A stretch of DNA of 64,000 nucleotides from Mycobacterium sp. (lineage in GTDB: Bacteria > Actinomycetota > Actinomycetes > Mycobacteriales > Mycobacteriaceae), in NCBI RefSeq assembly GCF_025965975.1, contig NZ_JAOPVX010000020.1; one strand, 5' to 3'. The position numbers were made by a program, and so were the translations under genes. Under the pieces are notes generated by a model, which saw nothing but the letters and a program-made list of their open reading frames with translations, made no database searches and had not been told where the DNA came from. Each line of letters starts with the position of its first letter. Position 1 is the first letter of the stretch. Shown here piece after piece: positions 21,669-32,398 of the stretch.

Positions 21669-22247
21669 GTGGCGAAACTGCAGCTAGTCCAAGATCCGGC
21701 GGCCGACGCGCTACTGGAGTCCAATCCGTTCGCGCTGCTGGTCGGCATGCTGCTGGACCAGCAGTACCCCATGGAGGCGGCGTTCGCCGGGCCGAAGAAG
21801 ATCGCCGACCGGATGGGTGGTGTCGCCGCCCGCGAGATCGCCGACTACGACCCGGACAAGTTCGTCGCGTTGTGTTCGAAAACTCCTGCAGTACACCGCT
21901 TTCCGGGGTCGATGGCCAAGCGGATCCAGACTCTCTCGCAGCTCGTCGTCGACCGATACGACGGTGATGCGGCGGCGTTGTGGACCGCGGGCGACCCCGA
22001 CGGGGCGGAGGTGCTGAGGCGGCTCAAGGCCCTTCCGGGGTTCGGCGAACAGAAGGCGAAGATCTTCCTTGCGCTGCTGGGCAAGCAGTACGGCGTAACG
22101 CCGAAAGGTTGGCGCGAGGCGGCCGGCGACTACGGCAAGGCAGGGGCGTTCATGTCGGTGGCCGACGTGAAGGACGCGGGGTCGCTGGAGAAGGTTCGGT
22201 CCTACAAGAAGCAGGCGAAGGCGGCAGCGAAGGCCGCTAAGGCCTGA
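21669..22247 (+). CDS. HhH-GPD-type base excision repair family protein (Rv1156-like)
   Basis: FALLVGMLLDQQ, HRFPGSMA, LKALPGFGEQKAKIF, SVADV. Confidence 0.88.
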   Translation: MAKLQLVQDPAADALLESNPFALLVGMLLDQQYPMEAAFAGPKKIADRMGGVAAREIADYDPDKFVALCSKTPAVHRFPGSMAKRIQTLSQLVVDRYDGDAAALWTAGDPDGAEVLRRLKALPGFGEQKAKIFLALLGKQYGVTPKGWREAAGDYGKAGAFMSVADVKDAGSLEKVRSYKKQAKAAAKAAKA

Positions 22248-22260
22248 CTTTCGGCGGCGG

Positions 22261-22647
22261 TTAGCTTCTTTGGTGCTCGTGCTCGAGGTCGAGCTGGGCC
22301 AGTGAGGTGATGATGCCGGCGACGACGCGTCCGGTCGACGTGCCGGTGTCAAGGCCTTCCTTGAGTGTCCGCAGCCTGATCCCGCGGTCGGTGAGGTCGG
22401 CGATGGTTCGTGTCACTTCCGCGGCCGAGCGGCCGAGCCTGTCGAGCGCGACGACGATGACGGTGTCGCCCGAACGGGCGTAGCTCACCATCGCGTGCAG
22501 ACCCGCGCGCACCCGCTCGGCGGAGTCGGACAACTTGTCGGTGAACACCCGCCGCGGGTCGACCCCGGCAGCATTCAGCGCCGCGAGCTGTTCCTCAAGG
22601 TTCTGCTCGACGGTGCTGGCTGTGGCATAGCCCAGCGTGCAGGTCAC
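22261..22647 (-). CDS. Serine recombinase (resolvase) catalytic domain only, 128 aa
   Basis: LGYATAST (cf. GYARVST), GDTVIVVALDRLGRS, LDTGTSTGR; ends before helix E extension and HTH. Confidence 0.8.
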   Translation of the reverse strand: MTCTLGYATASTVEQNLEEQLAALNAAGVDPRRVFTDKLSDSAERVRAGLHAMVSYARSGDTVIVVALDRLGRSAAEVTRTIADLTDRGIRLRTLKEGLDTGTSTGRVVAGIITSLAQLDLEHEHQRS

Positions 22648-22769
22648 GATCCCAAGGTCTCATGTCACCCATCGGCTGGGGAAGAGACACGGCCCATTGA
22701 GTCTGGCTAACGGCCGAACTGTTATCCAACGTCAACATGCTGGTCGAACGCGGCGAATTCGAGTGGCCG

Positions 22770-23435
22770 CTAGGCGCCGAACGGCTCGCCGTCGAACCGT
22801 TCGCGGGTGGCGAGCTCCGCGACGGGCCTGCGCGTGAGCTTGCTCACCTGCTTCACCGGCTTGCCGATCGGCACGACGGCGGCGATCGCAAAGTCGTCCG
22901 GTATGCCGAGCAGCTCCTTGACGCGAGGCTCCTCGGCCACCGCCATCGTGGTTAGCACGCCGCCGTAGCCCTCGTTGCGAGCGGCGAGCAGGATGTTCCA
23001 GACGAACGGGTACACCGAGGCGCCAGGAATGACGCCGATGCGGCCGAGGTACTGGTCGAACGCCGCGACGACGTTGAGGTCCACGCAGACCACGAGCACC
23101 GCGCCTGCGCCCAACACGGGCGCTCCCAGATACGGCGGTACCTCGGTGGCGGCGACTTCCTCCGCGGAAACCTGCATGGGCTGCACGGGATTCCACGGCC
23201 CTTCGCCATTTTTGGTTTGCGCGATGTAACGCCGCGCACCCGTGAAGCACAAGTCGACGATCGCTTCCCGGGTCTGGCGGTCCCTGACCACTATCACCCG
23301 TACGCCTTGGCGGTTGCCGCCACTCGGCGCGAACCGAGCGTTGTCGAGGATGCTTTCGAGCACCTCGTCGGGCAGTGGGTCATCGGTGAACCGGCGGACA
23401 GCACCCGTCGTGCGCATGACGTCGTATAGCTCCAT
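22770..23435 (-). CDS. Nitroreductase family protein
   Basis: VRRFTDDPLP, FAPSGGNRQG, NILLAARNEGYGG. Confidence 0.88.
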   Translation of the reverse strand: MELYDVMRTTGAVRRFTDDPLPDEVLESILDNARFAPSGGNRQGVRVIVVRDRQTREAIVDLCFTGARRYIAQTKNGEGPWNPVQPMQVSAEEVAATEVPPYLGAPVLGAGAVLVVCVDLNVVAAFDQYLGRIGVIPGASVYPFVWNILLAARNEGYGGVLTTMAVAEEPRVKELLGIPDDFAIAAVVPIGKPVKQVSKLTRRPVAELATRERFDGEPFGA

Positions 23436-23475
23436 GGGGACATCTTGTCTGGCGCGCGTGTGGGATTGTGAAGAT

Positions 23476-23622
23476 ATGAAGACACACCTGAACTGCCCAT
23501 GCGGCGAGGCGATCGCCGCCAAGGATGAGGACGAGCTCGTCGAGAAGGCCAAGGCCCACCTGTCAGAGGCGCATCCCGGTCGCGATTACGACCGCGACGC
23601 CATCCTCTTCATGGCCTATTAG
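23476..23622 (+). CDS. DUF1059-like small protein
   Basis: MKTHLNCPCGEAIAAKDEDELV..AHL..AH, 48 aa. Confidence 0.75.
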   Translation: MKTHLNCPCGEAIAAKDEDELVEKAKAHLSEAHPGRDYDRDAILFMAY

Positions 23623-24539
23623 GGGACGACGGTCGAGCCGATCGTCGGCATGAACTGGCACTGCTTCTCGGTCGTGCTGACCTGACCGAAGATCGTCGAG
23701 ATGATGCTGCCCGAGCCGGTGTCGACGATGGCCGTCAGCGTCGTCGGTCCGTCGGGGTTGATGTCGGGCCGCGGCTTCAGCGTTGCGCTGCCCGACTTGC
23801 CAGTGGTCAGGTTGACCCAGGTGACGTTCAGCGGCAGCTTCTGATCGGCTGCGGGAGCGGGCGTGCCTACCGCGGTGAACACGTAAGCCGTCTGGCCGGC
23901 CGCCGGCCCTGGTGCAGGGATCTTCGCCGGACCCGCAACCGAGATCGCGGTCGCGAGGACGGTCCCGCCATCCTTCAAGCACCCGTTGCTGATGGATGGG
24001 TACATGAAATCCTGCGTCGGCGGATCATCAGGACCGAACGCCGGTGCGGCATCTGGAGCAGGAGCCGCTGCCGCATCGGGCGCGGGGGCGGGTGCGGGGG
24101 CGGGTGCTGGCACCGCTTCCGGAGCCGGAGCGGCCACGGGTGTTGCGTCCGGTACCGGTCCAACGGCGTGTGCCGGATCGACGCCCGCGGGCAGATGCGC
24201 CTCAGCACCGGGCAGCGCGCCGGGCGCGGGAACATGCGCGACGAACTGGTTCACCGCCGTCGCCACGTTCTTCGAATCCGGCGGGACCGCTGAGTCGCCG
24301 GCGAACACCGCGGCGGCGGCCATCAGCGTCGAGGCGGCATTGGTCGGATCGGCGGCGGCCCGCTGGATGGCGGGGCCGATGCTTTGCACCGCCGACAGGC
24401 CCGGCGCCTGCAACCCATCGATCGGTAGCGGTGGCGCCGGGTCGGCGCTGGCCACCGGCATCAACCCGCCGAACAACAGTGCGGCCGACGAACCGACCGC
24501 CGCTGCGGCGCCGGTAAACGTCGCCCTGATCGATGACAT
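23619..24539 (-). CDS. Rv1157c family secreted Ala/Pro-rich protein
   Basis: Signal-like N-terminus; TQDFMYPSISNGC, WVNLTTGKSG, CQFMPTIG. Confidence 0.8.
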   Translation of the reverse strand: MSSIRATFTGAAAAVGSSAALLFGGLMPVASADPAPPLPIDGLQAPGLSAVQSIGPAIQRAAADPTNAASTLMAAAAVFAGDSAVPPDSKNVATAVNQFVAHVPAPGALPGAEAHLPAGVDPAHAVGPVPDATPVAAPAPEAVPAPAPAPAPAPDAAAAPAPDAAPAFGPDDPPTQDFMYPSISNGCLKDGGTVLATAISVAGPAKIPAPGPAAGQTAYVFTAVGTPAPAADQKLPLNVTWVNLTTGKSGSATLKPRPDINPDGPTTLTAIVDTGSGSIISTIFGQVSTTEKQCQFMPTIGSTVVP

Positions 24540-24589
24540 GGTTGCCCCAGTTCGTGGTTGTGGTTGTCGATGCGCGCAGGCCGCCACCG

Positions 24590-25216
24590 TCACGGCAGGG
24601 CGGACAGCGGCATCAGCACCGGCGCAAGGCCCGCGCTCGGTATGACGGCGGGTGCTGCGGCGGCGGCCGGAGCCGCGGCGGCGGTGGCCGCGGGCGCCGC
24701 GGCCGCCTTGGTTCCTGGCAGCAAACCGGCGGGCATCAGCGCCGCCAGGTCACCAGGGAACGAAACCTGTTGCGGCAGAGGCACGGGAAGGAATGGCATG
24801 TTTGGCACATTCATCTCTCCCGAGGGGATCAGGCTCTGCGCGGCGGTCGCCGGTGCGGCAACGGCGGCCGGTGCGGCAACGGCGGCCGGAGCGGCAACGC
24901 CGGCCGGAGCGGCGGCAGGAACCGCAGGAACCGCAGGCTGCGGAAGAGTGACCGACGCGGTCGCGGCTGGCGCAGGGGTGGCGGGCGCGGCAGCCTGCGC
25001 GCCGCCGAGCACCGATGTGAGGCCCTGGATGAGCTGCGTCGCGGCGGCCGGATTGGATGCGAGTTGCTGAAGGAACGGCAGACCCGGCAGGCTCGGGGCT
25101 GGCGCGGGCGCCGCCGCCGGATCGGCTGCTGCCGTCGCGCTGAGTCCCAGCGCAACTCCAGCCGCACCCGCGGCAGCGATCATGCTGGTGGCAAGCGTTC
25201 TCCTGGTAAATTTCAT
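24590..25216 (-). CDS. Secreted Ala/Pro-rich protein (Rv1158c-like)
   Basis: Signal peptide ending ATAAA-DPA; LPVPLPQQVSFPGDL; synteny. Confidence 0.75.
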   Translation of the reverse strand: MKFTRRTLATSMIAAAGAAGVALGLSATAAADPAAAPAPAPSLPGLPFLQQLASNPAAATQLIQGLTSVLGGAQAAAPATPAPAATASVTLPQPAVPAVPAAAPAGVAAPAAVAAPAAVAAPATAAQSLIPSGEMNVPNMPFLPVPLPQQVSFPGDLAALMPAGLLPGTKAAAAPAATAAAAPAAAAAPAVIPSAGLAPVLMPLSALP

Positions 25217-25328
25217 GGTTTTTCCAATCCGTTGATGGCACGCCTGTGCCCGAAGCTATCGAGTTACTGGTGTTACTCAAGTGACACGTGTGGCGGTTAT
25301 TGAACCGTTACGGATGTGAAGGGATTCG

Positions 25329-26600
25329 GTGACCGTCGTTAGAGTCGGACGGATTGAGACAGAGAAGGCTTCGACCGCCGCCGCTCCGACTGCGTCGCGC
25401 GGACCCGCCCGCCTAGTCGCCGCGGCGCCGGTGCTGTTGGCTATCAGCTTCGCCGCCCGCCTCGCGTGGACCTACCTGGTGCCCAACGGTGCCAACTTCG
25501 TCGACCTGCACGTGTACGTCGGCGGTGCGGGCGCGCTGGATCACCGTGGCACGCTGTACGAGTACGTCTACGCGGACCAGACTCCCGACTTTCCGCTGCC
25601 GTTCACGTATCCACCGTTCGCCGCGGTGGTCTTCTACCCGCTGCACTTCATTCCGTTCTGGATCCTGGCATTCGCGTGGCAACTCGGCATCGTCGCGGCG
25701 CTCTACGGTGTGGCGCGCATCAGCCAGCGGCTGCTGTCAGGATCCGGTGACCGGCGGATCGCGATGTTGTGGACGACGATCGGCATCTGGCTCGAACCGC
25801 TGCGAAGCAACTTCGACTACGGGCAGATCAACGTGCTGCTGGTGCTGGCGGTGTTGTACGCGGTCTACAGCACGCGATGGTGGGTGTCCGGGCTGCTGGT
25901 CGGGCTCGCTGCCGGGGTGAAGCTCACGCCGGCGGTGTCGGGCCTGTACTTCGTTGGTGCGCGGCGATGGGGCGCCGTGGTGTTCTCGGCGGTGGTGTTC
26001 CTCGGCACCGTCGCGGTCTCGGCGTTGGCCGTCGGCGACCAAACCCGTTACTACTTCACCGAACTGCTCGGCGACGCCAGCCGAGTGGGACCGATCGGAA
26101 CGTCGTTCAACCAGTCGTGGCGCGGCGGGATCTCCAGGATCCTCGGGCACGACGCCGGCTACGGGCCGCTGGTGTTGGCCGCGATCGCGGTCACCGCGGT
26201 GCTCTCCATGTTGGCCTGGCGCGCCGTCGGCGGCGCATCCGACCGGCTCGGTGCCATCGTCGTGGTGCAGTTGTTCGGGCTGATGCTGTCGCCGATCTCC
26301 TGGACGCACCACTGGGTATGGCTGATCCCGCTGATGATCTGGCTGCTGCACGGTCCGCTGCGCGAGCGGCTTGGCGCGCGGTTGCTCGGTTGGGGCTGGC
26401 TGGCCCTGACCATCGTCGGGGTCCCGTGGCTGCTGAGCTTCGCGCAGCCGACCATCTGGGAGATCGGCCGGCCGTGGTATCTGGCCTGGGCCGGCCTGAT
26501 CTACATCGTCGCGACGCTGGCGACGCTGGCGTGGATCGCGTCTACGGGTTCCCGACGATCCCGTCGATCTCCCGAGCCATCTGGACATCCTTCTCGGTGA
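25329..26600 (+). CDS. pimE: Alpha-1,2-mannosyltransferase (GT87)
   Basis: [36 protein letters not shown]. Confidence 0.9.
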   Translation: MTVVRVGRIETEKASTAAAPTASRGPARLVAAAPVLLAISFAARLAWTYLVPNGANFVDLHVYVGGAGALDHRGTLYEYVYADQTPDFPLPFTYPPFAAVVFYPLHFIPFWILAFAWQLGIVAALYGVARISQRLLSGSGDRRIAMLWTTIGIWLEPLRSNFDYGQINVLLVLAVLYAVYSTRWWVSGLLVGLAAGVKLTPAVSGLYFVGARRWGAVVFSAVVFLGTVAVSALAVGDQTRYYFTELLGDASRVGPIGTSFNQSWRGGISRILGHDAGYGPLVLAAIAVTAVLSMLAWRAVGGASDRLGAIVVVQLFGLMLSPISWTHHWVWLIPLMIWLLHGPLRERLGARLLGWGWLALTIVGVPWLLSFAQPTIWEIGRPWYLAWAGLIYIVATLATLAWIASTGSRRSRRSPEPSGHPSR

Positions 26601-26829
26601 TGCCACCGGCGGAGTGGGTGACCAACGCGAAAGTCACTGTCCGCCATCGGATATCGATGTCGGGGTGATGGTCTTTTTCTTCCGCACGTTCGGCGACGCG
26701 GCGCACGGCGTCGATGCCGTCGAGGAAAGCGGGGAACTTGATCGAGCGGCGCAGGGCGCCGTCGGCGCGTTGCCAGCCGTTGAGGTCGGGCAGTGCGGCG
26801 TCTACTTGGTCGTCCGTTAACACAGCCAT
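26542..26829 (-). CDS. phhB: Pterin-4a-carbinolamine dehydratase
   Basis: [24 protein letters not shown]. Confidence 0.92.
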   Translation of the reverse strand: MAVLTDDQVDAALPDLNGWQRADGALRRSIKFPAFLDGIDAVRRVAERAEEKDHHPDIDIRWRTVTFALVTHSAGGITEKDVQMAREIDGIVGNP

Positions 26830-26905
26830 GCCATCAACGTACCGCTGCGGGGTTGGTCGGCGGCCTCGGTCGCCTAACAGGCGCCCAACAGAATTCTTTA
26901 GCAAG

Positions 26906-27433
26906 ATGATGGATGTGCGCGTCTCCATAGACGGACCAACGTCGCCAGACGGACCAACGTCGCCGCAATCCGCCGCCGCGACGGGAACCGACGTGCGCGT
27001 CGCGGCCCGCGCGCTGCAGTCAAGGGGTGTCGGTCCGACCGTCGCGCGTCGGCGCTTTTCCCCGCAAGTCGTGGTCGGCGGTGGCCTGCTTGCCGCCATT
27101 CTCGTCGTCCTCGCGGTATCGGTCATTTGGGTCTCCGACGATTCGAAACGTCCGCTTGTCCAACCGAATCCGTCTCCGCCGGCGACCTCTGCACTGACCT
27201 CGAGCCCAACCGTGGCCGCCGGGCCGATACCGCTGCCGGCCACCACGCCTCAACAGGCGCCCCCTGCCGTCACCCCAACCGCGCCGGTAGAGACGGCGCC
27301 GGTAGAGACGGCGCCGGTAGAGACGATGTCGCCTTCCCAGGTCACTGCCGAGACGCTCACGCCTGCTCCACCCCCGACGCAGTGGCACCGGCGGCTGCAC
27401 GAGTTGTTCCCGCAACTGTTTCCAAGCGGATAG
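26906..27433 (+). CDS. Single-pass membrane protein with Pro/Thr-rich tail
   Basis: One TM ([22 protein letters not shown]), PT-rich linker, C-terminal [14 protein letters not shown]; start uncertain. Confidence 0.6.
   Translation: MMDVRVSIDGPTSPDGPTSPQSAAATGTDVRVAARALQSRGVGPTVARRRFSPQVVVGGGLLAAILVVLAVSVIWVSDDSKRPLVQPNPSPPATSALTSSPTVAAGPIPLPATTPQQAPPAVTPTAPVETAPVETAPVETMSPSQVTAETLTPAPPPTQWHRRLHELFPQLFPSG
27281..27325 (+). repeat. 15-bp in-frame tandem repeat x3 (APVET)
   Basis: GCGCCGGTAGAGACG x3, perfect. Confidence 0.9.
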
Positions 27434-27456
27434 CGCGCCGTATACGGTCGCGGGCG

Positions 27457-28452
27457 ATGCCCAACCCTAAGCCGAACCAGATCGTTGTTGCGGGTGCACT
27501 GATCTCGGGTTCGTTGCTGCTGGTGGCCCAGCGTGCGCGGCCGCCGGAGTTGGCCGGCCTGTGGGAGCTGCCCGGTGGGAAGGTGGCGACGGGGGAGACC
27601 GACGCTGCCGCGCTGGCCCGCGAACTACACGAGGAACTCGGCGTCGAGGTGACGGTCGGGCCGCGCATCGGCTCCGACGTCGCGCTGACCACGACGACGA
27701 CGCTGCGCGCTTACCGCGTAGCCCAGACCGGCGGCGCATTGCATCCCAACGATCACCGCGCACTGCGATGGGTCGGCGCCGACGACCTCGACGACCTGGC
27801 GTGGGTGCCCGCCGACCGCGCCTGGGTTGCAGAGCTGACCCGCACGCTGCGGACCGGCCTCGCGGTACGCCAGGCGGTCGAGTCCGACCGGGCGGACATC
27901 GCATCGGTCATCGTCGAGGCCTATCGGCGCGAGTTCTCTGCCCTGTCGCGCAACATGGACAAGATCACCGCGGCGCTCACGCCCGCCATCGAGGTCGGCC
28001 GGTTCTTCGTCGCCGACCGCGTCGCCGACCGTGGCGCCGACCGTGACGCCGACGTCATCGGGGCGATCGCCTGCACCGACCACACCGGCCGTGCCATGCG
28101 GGTACGAGCAGCGGATTGGCGCCGCCATCTTGGACTCGTGCGAGGCGGGGTGGCCGCGCGAATTCTGGCTGCGCAGTGGATGTCTAGGCTCGATTATCCG
28201 GCAGAAACGGGCTACATCGAGTTCGTCGCCGTCGCCGAGCGGGCCCGGCGCCAAGGCATCGCCACCAAACTCGTCGAGGGGGTGATCGCGCAGACCCCCT
28301 ACATCGACTTCGAGCTCGAAGTCACCGACGTTAACGTGCCCGCCCGCGATTGCTATCGCAAGATCGGGTTCGTCGACGTCAACAGGAAGAAAGAGAAGTT
28401 CGGCCGTTTCAAGGGATTCCACGAGCGCATCTACATGCAGTACACGCGCTAG
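27457..28452 (+). CDS. mutT2: MutT2-like NUDIX hydrolase fused to GNAT N-acetyltransferase
   Basis: Nudix box GGKVATGETDAAALARELHEELGV, then without a stop GNAT motifs VAVAERARRQGIATKLV and NVPARDCYRKIGF. Confidence 0.85.
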   Translation: MPNPKPNQIVVAGALISGSLLLVAQRARPPELAGLWELPGGKVATGETDAAALARELHEELGVEVTVGPRIGSDVALTTTTTLRAYRVAQTGGALHPNDHRALRWVGADDLDDLAWVPADRAWVAELTRTLRTGLAVRQAVESDRADIASVIVEAYRREFSALSRNMDKITAALTPAIEVGRFFVADRVADRGADRDADVIGAIACTDHTGRAMRVRAADWRRHLGLVRGGVAARILAAQWMSRLDYPAETGYIEFVAVAERARRQGIATKLVEGVIAQTPYIDFELEVTDVNVPARDCYRKIGFVDVNRKKEKFGRFKGFHERIYMQYTR

Positions 28453-28581
28453 CCGACGCCAGATCGCGCCGAAAAGTCGCACACAAGCTCCGTCTCGGCC
28501 CCGCCGCGGGCTTGCCGGGCGTCAAGTGACGCGCATCTCTCGTTTTCGTGTTCGGTCAACCGCACTGCGACAATCACCGGC

Positions 28582-30471
28582 GTGGACTTTCGCAACGTCG
28601 CCATCGTGGCCCACGTCGACCATGGGAAGACAACCCTGGTCGACGCGATGCTGCGGCAGTCCGGCGCGCTGACCCATCGGGGCGACGACACTGTCGAGCG
28701 CCTGATGGACTCCGGTGACCTTGAGAAGGAAAAGGGCATCACCATCCTCGCCAAGAACACCGCGGTGCACCGGCAACACCCCGACGGCAGCATGACGGTC
28801 ATCAACGTCATCGACACGCCAGGCCACGCCGACTTCGGCGGTGAGGTCGAGCGCGGGCTGTCCATGGTCGACGGGGTGCTGCTGCTCGTCGACGCGTCGG
28901 AGGGACCGCTGCCGCAGACCCGGTTCGTGCTGCGCAAGGCGCTGGCCGCGCACCTGCCCGTGCTCCTTGTGGTCAACAAGACCGACCGCCCTGACGCCAG
29001 GATCGCCGAGGTCGTCGAGGAGAGTCACGACCTGCTGCTCGACGTCGCGTCCGATCTGGACGACGACGCCGCAAAGGCCGCCGAGCACGCGCTCGGCCTG
29101 CCGACGCTGTACGCCTCGGGCCGAGCGGGGGTCGCCAGCACGGTCGAGCCCTCCAACGGCGAGAATCCCGAAGGCGAGAACCTGGACCCGCTGTTCGACG
29201 TGTTGCTCGAGCACATCCCGCCGCCTAGTGGTGACCCCGAGGCCCCGCTGCAGGCCCTCGTGACCAACCTCGACGCGTCGGCGTTCCTCGGACGCCTGGC
29301 GCTGATCCGCATCTACAACGGCCGCCTGCGTAAAGGTCAGCAGGTCGCATGGATGCGTGAGGTCGACGGCGTTCCCGTCGTCACCAACGCCAAGATCACC
29401 GAGTTGTTGGCCACCGAGGGCGTCGATCGCACTCCCACCGATGAGGCGATCGCCGGCGACATCGTCGCGGTGGCGGGGCTGCCCGAGATCATGATCGGCG
29501 ACACCCTGGCCGACACCGAGCACGCACACGCGCTGCCGCGGATCACAGTCGACGAACCGGCCATCTCGGTGACGATCGGCACCAACACCTCACCGCTGGC
29601 CGGCAAGGTCTCCGGGCACAAGCTCACCGCCCGCATGGTCCGCAGCCGGTTGGAAACGGAACTGGTCGGCAACGTATCGATCCGCGTCGTCGACATCGGT
29701 CGCCCTGACGCGTGGGAGGTGCAGGGCCGTGGCGAGCTGGCGCTGGCCGTCCTCGTCGAGCAGATGCGCCGCGAGGGTTTCGAGCTGACCGTCGGTAAAC
29801 CGCAGGTGGTCACGAGGACGATCGACGGCAAGCTGCATGAGCCGTTCGAAGCCATGACGATCGACTGTCCTGAGGAGTTTGTCGGCGCGATCACCCAGCT
29901 GATGGCCGCCCGCAAGGGACGCATGGAAGAGATGACGAACCACGCCGCGGGCTGGGTCCGGATGGACTTCATCGTGCCAAGCCGTGGCCTGATCGGCTTC
30001 CGGACCGATTTCCTCACACTGACCCGCGGCACCGGCATCGCGAACGCGGTCTTCGACGGTTACCGGCCATGGGCCGGCGAGATCCGGGCCAGGCACACCG
30101 GGTCGTTGGTGTCGGACCGGTCCGGCTCGATCACGCCGTTCGCGATGATCCAGCTCGCCGACCGTGGTCAGTTCTTCGTCGAGCCCGGCCAGGACACGTA
30201 TGAAGGACAGGTTGTCGGCATCAACCCGCGAGCCGAGGACCTCGACGTCAACGTGACGCGTGAGAAGAAGTTGACCAACATGCGCTCATCGACGGCCGAC
30301 GTCATGGAGACCCTCGCCCGTCCGCTGGAGCTGGACCTCGAGCAGGCGATGGAGTTCTGCGCAGGCGACGAGTGCGTGGAGGTAACGCCCCAGGTGGTCC
30401 GGGTCCGCAAGGTCGAGCTCGACGCGACCAGCCGTGCCCGCGCCAAAGCCCGCGCCAAGGCCCGCGGTTAA
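28582..30471 (+). CDS. typA: Translational GTPase TypA/BipA
   Basis: [40 protein letters not shown]. Confidence 0.97.
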   Translation: MDFRNVAIVAHVDHGKTTLVDAMLRQSGALTHRGDDTVERLMDSGDLEKEKGITILAKNTAVHRQHPDGSMTVINVIDTPGHADFGGEVERGLSMVDGVLLLVDASEGPLPQTRFVLRKALAAHLPVLLVVNKTDRPDARIAEVVEESHDLLLDVASDLDDDAAKAAEHALGLPTLYASGRAGVASTVEPSNGENPEGENLDPLFDVLLEHIPPPSGDPEAPLQALVTNLDASAFLGRLALIRIYNGRLRKGQQVAWMREVDGVPVVTNAKITELLATEGVDRTPTDEAIAGDIVAVAGLPEIMIGDTLADTEHAHALPRITVDEPAISVTIGTNTSPLAGKVSGHKLTARMVRSRLETELVGNVSIRVVDIGRPDAWEVQGRGELALAVLVEQMRREGFELTVGKPQVVTRTIDGKLHEPFEAMTIDCPEEFVGAITQLMAARKGRMEEMTNHAAGWVRMDFIVPSRGLIGFRTDFLTLTRGTGIANAVFDGYRPWAGEIRARHTGSLVSDRSGSITPFAMIQLADRGQFFVEPGQDTYEGQVVGINPRAEDLDVNVTREKKLTNMRSSTADVMETLARPLELDLEQAMEFCAGDECVEVTPQVVRVRKVELDATSRARAKARAKARG

Positions 30472-30493
30472 CCCTGCCGATACCCTGAGGGGC

Positions 30494-32398
30494 GTGCCGG
30501 GGACCGCTAAGCGTGTCGGCGCCGCACTCGGCGCGGTGATGCTGCTCGTCTCCGGCTGCACCGTCAGCCCACCGCCGGCACCGCAAAGCACCGACACGTC
30601 GAATACCACGACACCGCCGCCACCGCGGGCAACGCAGATCATCATGGCCATCGACTCGATCGGCCCCGGCTTCAACCCACACCTGCTCTCCGACCAGTCG
30701 CCGGTGAATGCGGCGATCAACTCGCTGGTGCTGCCCAGCTCGTTTCGGCCCGTTCCGGATCCGAACTCGCCGACCGGATCGCGCTGGGAGCTCGACCCCA
30801 CCCTGCTCGAGTCGGCGGTGGTCACCAGTCAGAACCCGTTCACCGTCACATACAAGATCAAGCCGGAGGCGCAGTGGACCGACAACGCCCCGATCGCAGC
30901 CGACGACTTCTGGTACCTGTGGCGCCAGATGGTCAGCCAGCCCGGGGTCGTCGACCCGGCGGGCTATGACCTGATCACAGGCGTCCAATCCGTTGAGGGC
31001 GGCAAGACGGCGGTGGTGACGTTCTCGCAGCCGTATCCCGCGTGGCGCGAGCTGTTCAACAACATCCTCCCGGCCCACATCGTCAAGGATGTACCCGGCG
31101 GATTCGCGGCCGGGCTGGCGCGCGCGCTGCCGGTCACGGGCGGCCAGTTCCGCGTGGAGAGCATCGACCCGCAGCGCGACGAGATCCTGCTGGCCCGAAA
31201 CGACCGGTACTGGAGCGCGCCCGCCAAGCCCGATCAGGTGCTGTTCCGCCGCGGCGGCGCGGCTGCCGCGCTTGCGGATTCGATCCGAAACGGCGACACC
31301 CAGGTCGCTCAGGTGCACGGCGGGGCGGCGGCGTTTGCGCAACTGTCCGCGATTCCCGACGTTCGGACCGCGCGCATCGTCACGCCGCGGGTCATGCAGC
31401 TGACGCTGCGGGCCCAGCAACCTTCGCTCTCGGATTCCCAAGTGCGCAAAGCGATTCTGGGTCTGCTCGACGTCGATCTGCTCGCGTCGGTGGGTGCTGG
31501 CGACGACAACACCGTCACCCTCGCGCAGGCCCAGGTTCGGTCCCCGTCCGACCCGGGTTACGTGCCGACCGCGCCGCCGGCGATGACGAAGGAGGGCGCG
31601 CTCACGCTGTTGGCCAATGCGGGCTATCAGGTTGAGCCGGTGGAGACAACGCCGCCGGCGACGCCTGGCATGCCCGCGCCGGAGAACAACCGCGGGCGCG
31701 TCACCAAGGACGGCGTTCCGCTGTCGCTGGTGCTCGGGGTGGCGGCCAACGACCCGACAGCGGTCGCGGTCGCCAACACCGCCGCCGACCAACTGCGCAA
31801 CGTCGGCATCGCGGCGTCGGTGACGGCGCTGGATCCGGTGGTGCTATACGGCGATGCGCTGATCAACAACAAGGTCGACGCCGTGGTCGGCTGGCACCAG
31901 GCCGGCGGCGATCTCGCGACCGCGCTGGCGGCCCGATACGGCTGCCTGGCGCTGGAAGCGACGGCGGTATCGACCACGACCGCCGCGACGACCAGGACCC
32001 CCGCGCCGACCACGACCGCCGCGCCGACGTCGTCGCCATCACCGTTACCGACAACCGATCCGCCCCTATCGCGGCGGCCGACCACGACGGCGACACCGAC
32101 CACCCCGAGCCCCGCGCCGGAGTCCGGTCAGCTCGTCCAGGCACCAAGCAATATCACCGGCATCTGCGACCGCAGCATTCAGCCGAAGATCGATGCGGCG
32201 CTCGACGGCACGGAAGACATCGGCGAGGTGATCAACGCGGTCGAACCCCGGCTGTGGAACATGTCGACCGTGCTGCCGATCCTGCAGGACACCACGATCG
32301 TCGCGGCGGGTCCGAGCGTGCAGAACGTCAGCCTGTCCGGGGCCGTGCCCATCGGCATCGTCGGAGACGCAGGAAAGTGGGTCAAGCCCCCGCAGTGA
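30494..32398 (+). CDS. lpqW: Lipoprotein LpqW (ABC substrate-binding family 5 fold)
   Basis: Lipobox LVSGC; [17 protein letters not shown]; WSAPAKPD; synteny downstream of typA. Confidence 0.9.
   Translation: MPGTAKRVGAALGAVMLLVSGCTVSPPPAPQSTDTSNTTTPPPPRATQIIMAIDSIGPGFNPHLLSDQSPVNAAINSLVLPSSFRPVPDPNSPTGSRWELDPTLLESAVVTSQNPFTVTYKIKPEAQWTDNAPIAADDFWYLWRQMVSQPGVVDPAGYDLITGVQSVEGGKTAVVTFSQPYPAWRELFNNILPAHIVKDVPGGFAAGLARALPVTGGQFRVESIDPQRDEILLARNDRYWSAPAKPDQVLFRRGGAAAALADSIRNGDTQVAQVHGGAAAFAQLSAIPDVRTARIVTPRVMQLTLRAQQPSLSDSQVRKAILGLLDVDLLASVGAGDDNTVTLAQAQVRSPSDPGYVPTAPPAMTKEGALTLLANAGYQVEPVETTPPATPGMPAPENNRGRVTKDGVPLSLVLGVAANDPTAVAVANTAADQLRNVGIAASVTALDPVVLYGDALINNKVDAVVGWHQAGGDLATALAARYGCLALEATAVSTTTAATTRTPAPTTTAAPTSSPSPLPTTDPPLSRRPTTTATPTTPSPAPESGQLVQAPSNITGICDRSIQPKIDAALDGTEDIGEVINAVEPRLWNMSTVLPILQDTTIVAAGPSVQNVSLSGAVPIGIVGDAGKWVKPPQ

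Noticed and set aside
22200-22770. Active transposon or integrative element around the resolvase
   Set aside because: No transposase, terminal inverted repeats, target duplication or compositional shift seen.
24841-24910. 18-bp repeats in the Rv1158c-like gene
   Set aside because: Ordinary Ala/Pro low-complexity coding sequence typical of this family.
27127-27456. N-terminal extension of the 441-aa ORF upstream of mutT2
   Set aside because: Overlaps the upstream membrane-protein gene in another frame; homology starts at ATG 27457.
31970-32120. Thr/Pro-rich stretch in lpqW as an insertion element
   Set aside because: In frame, low complexity, no element boundaries; a flexible linker.
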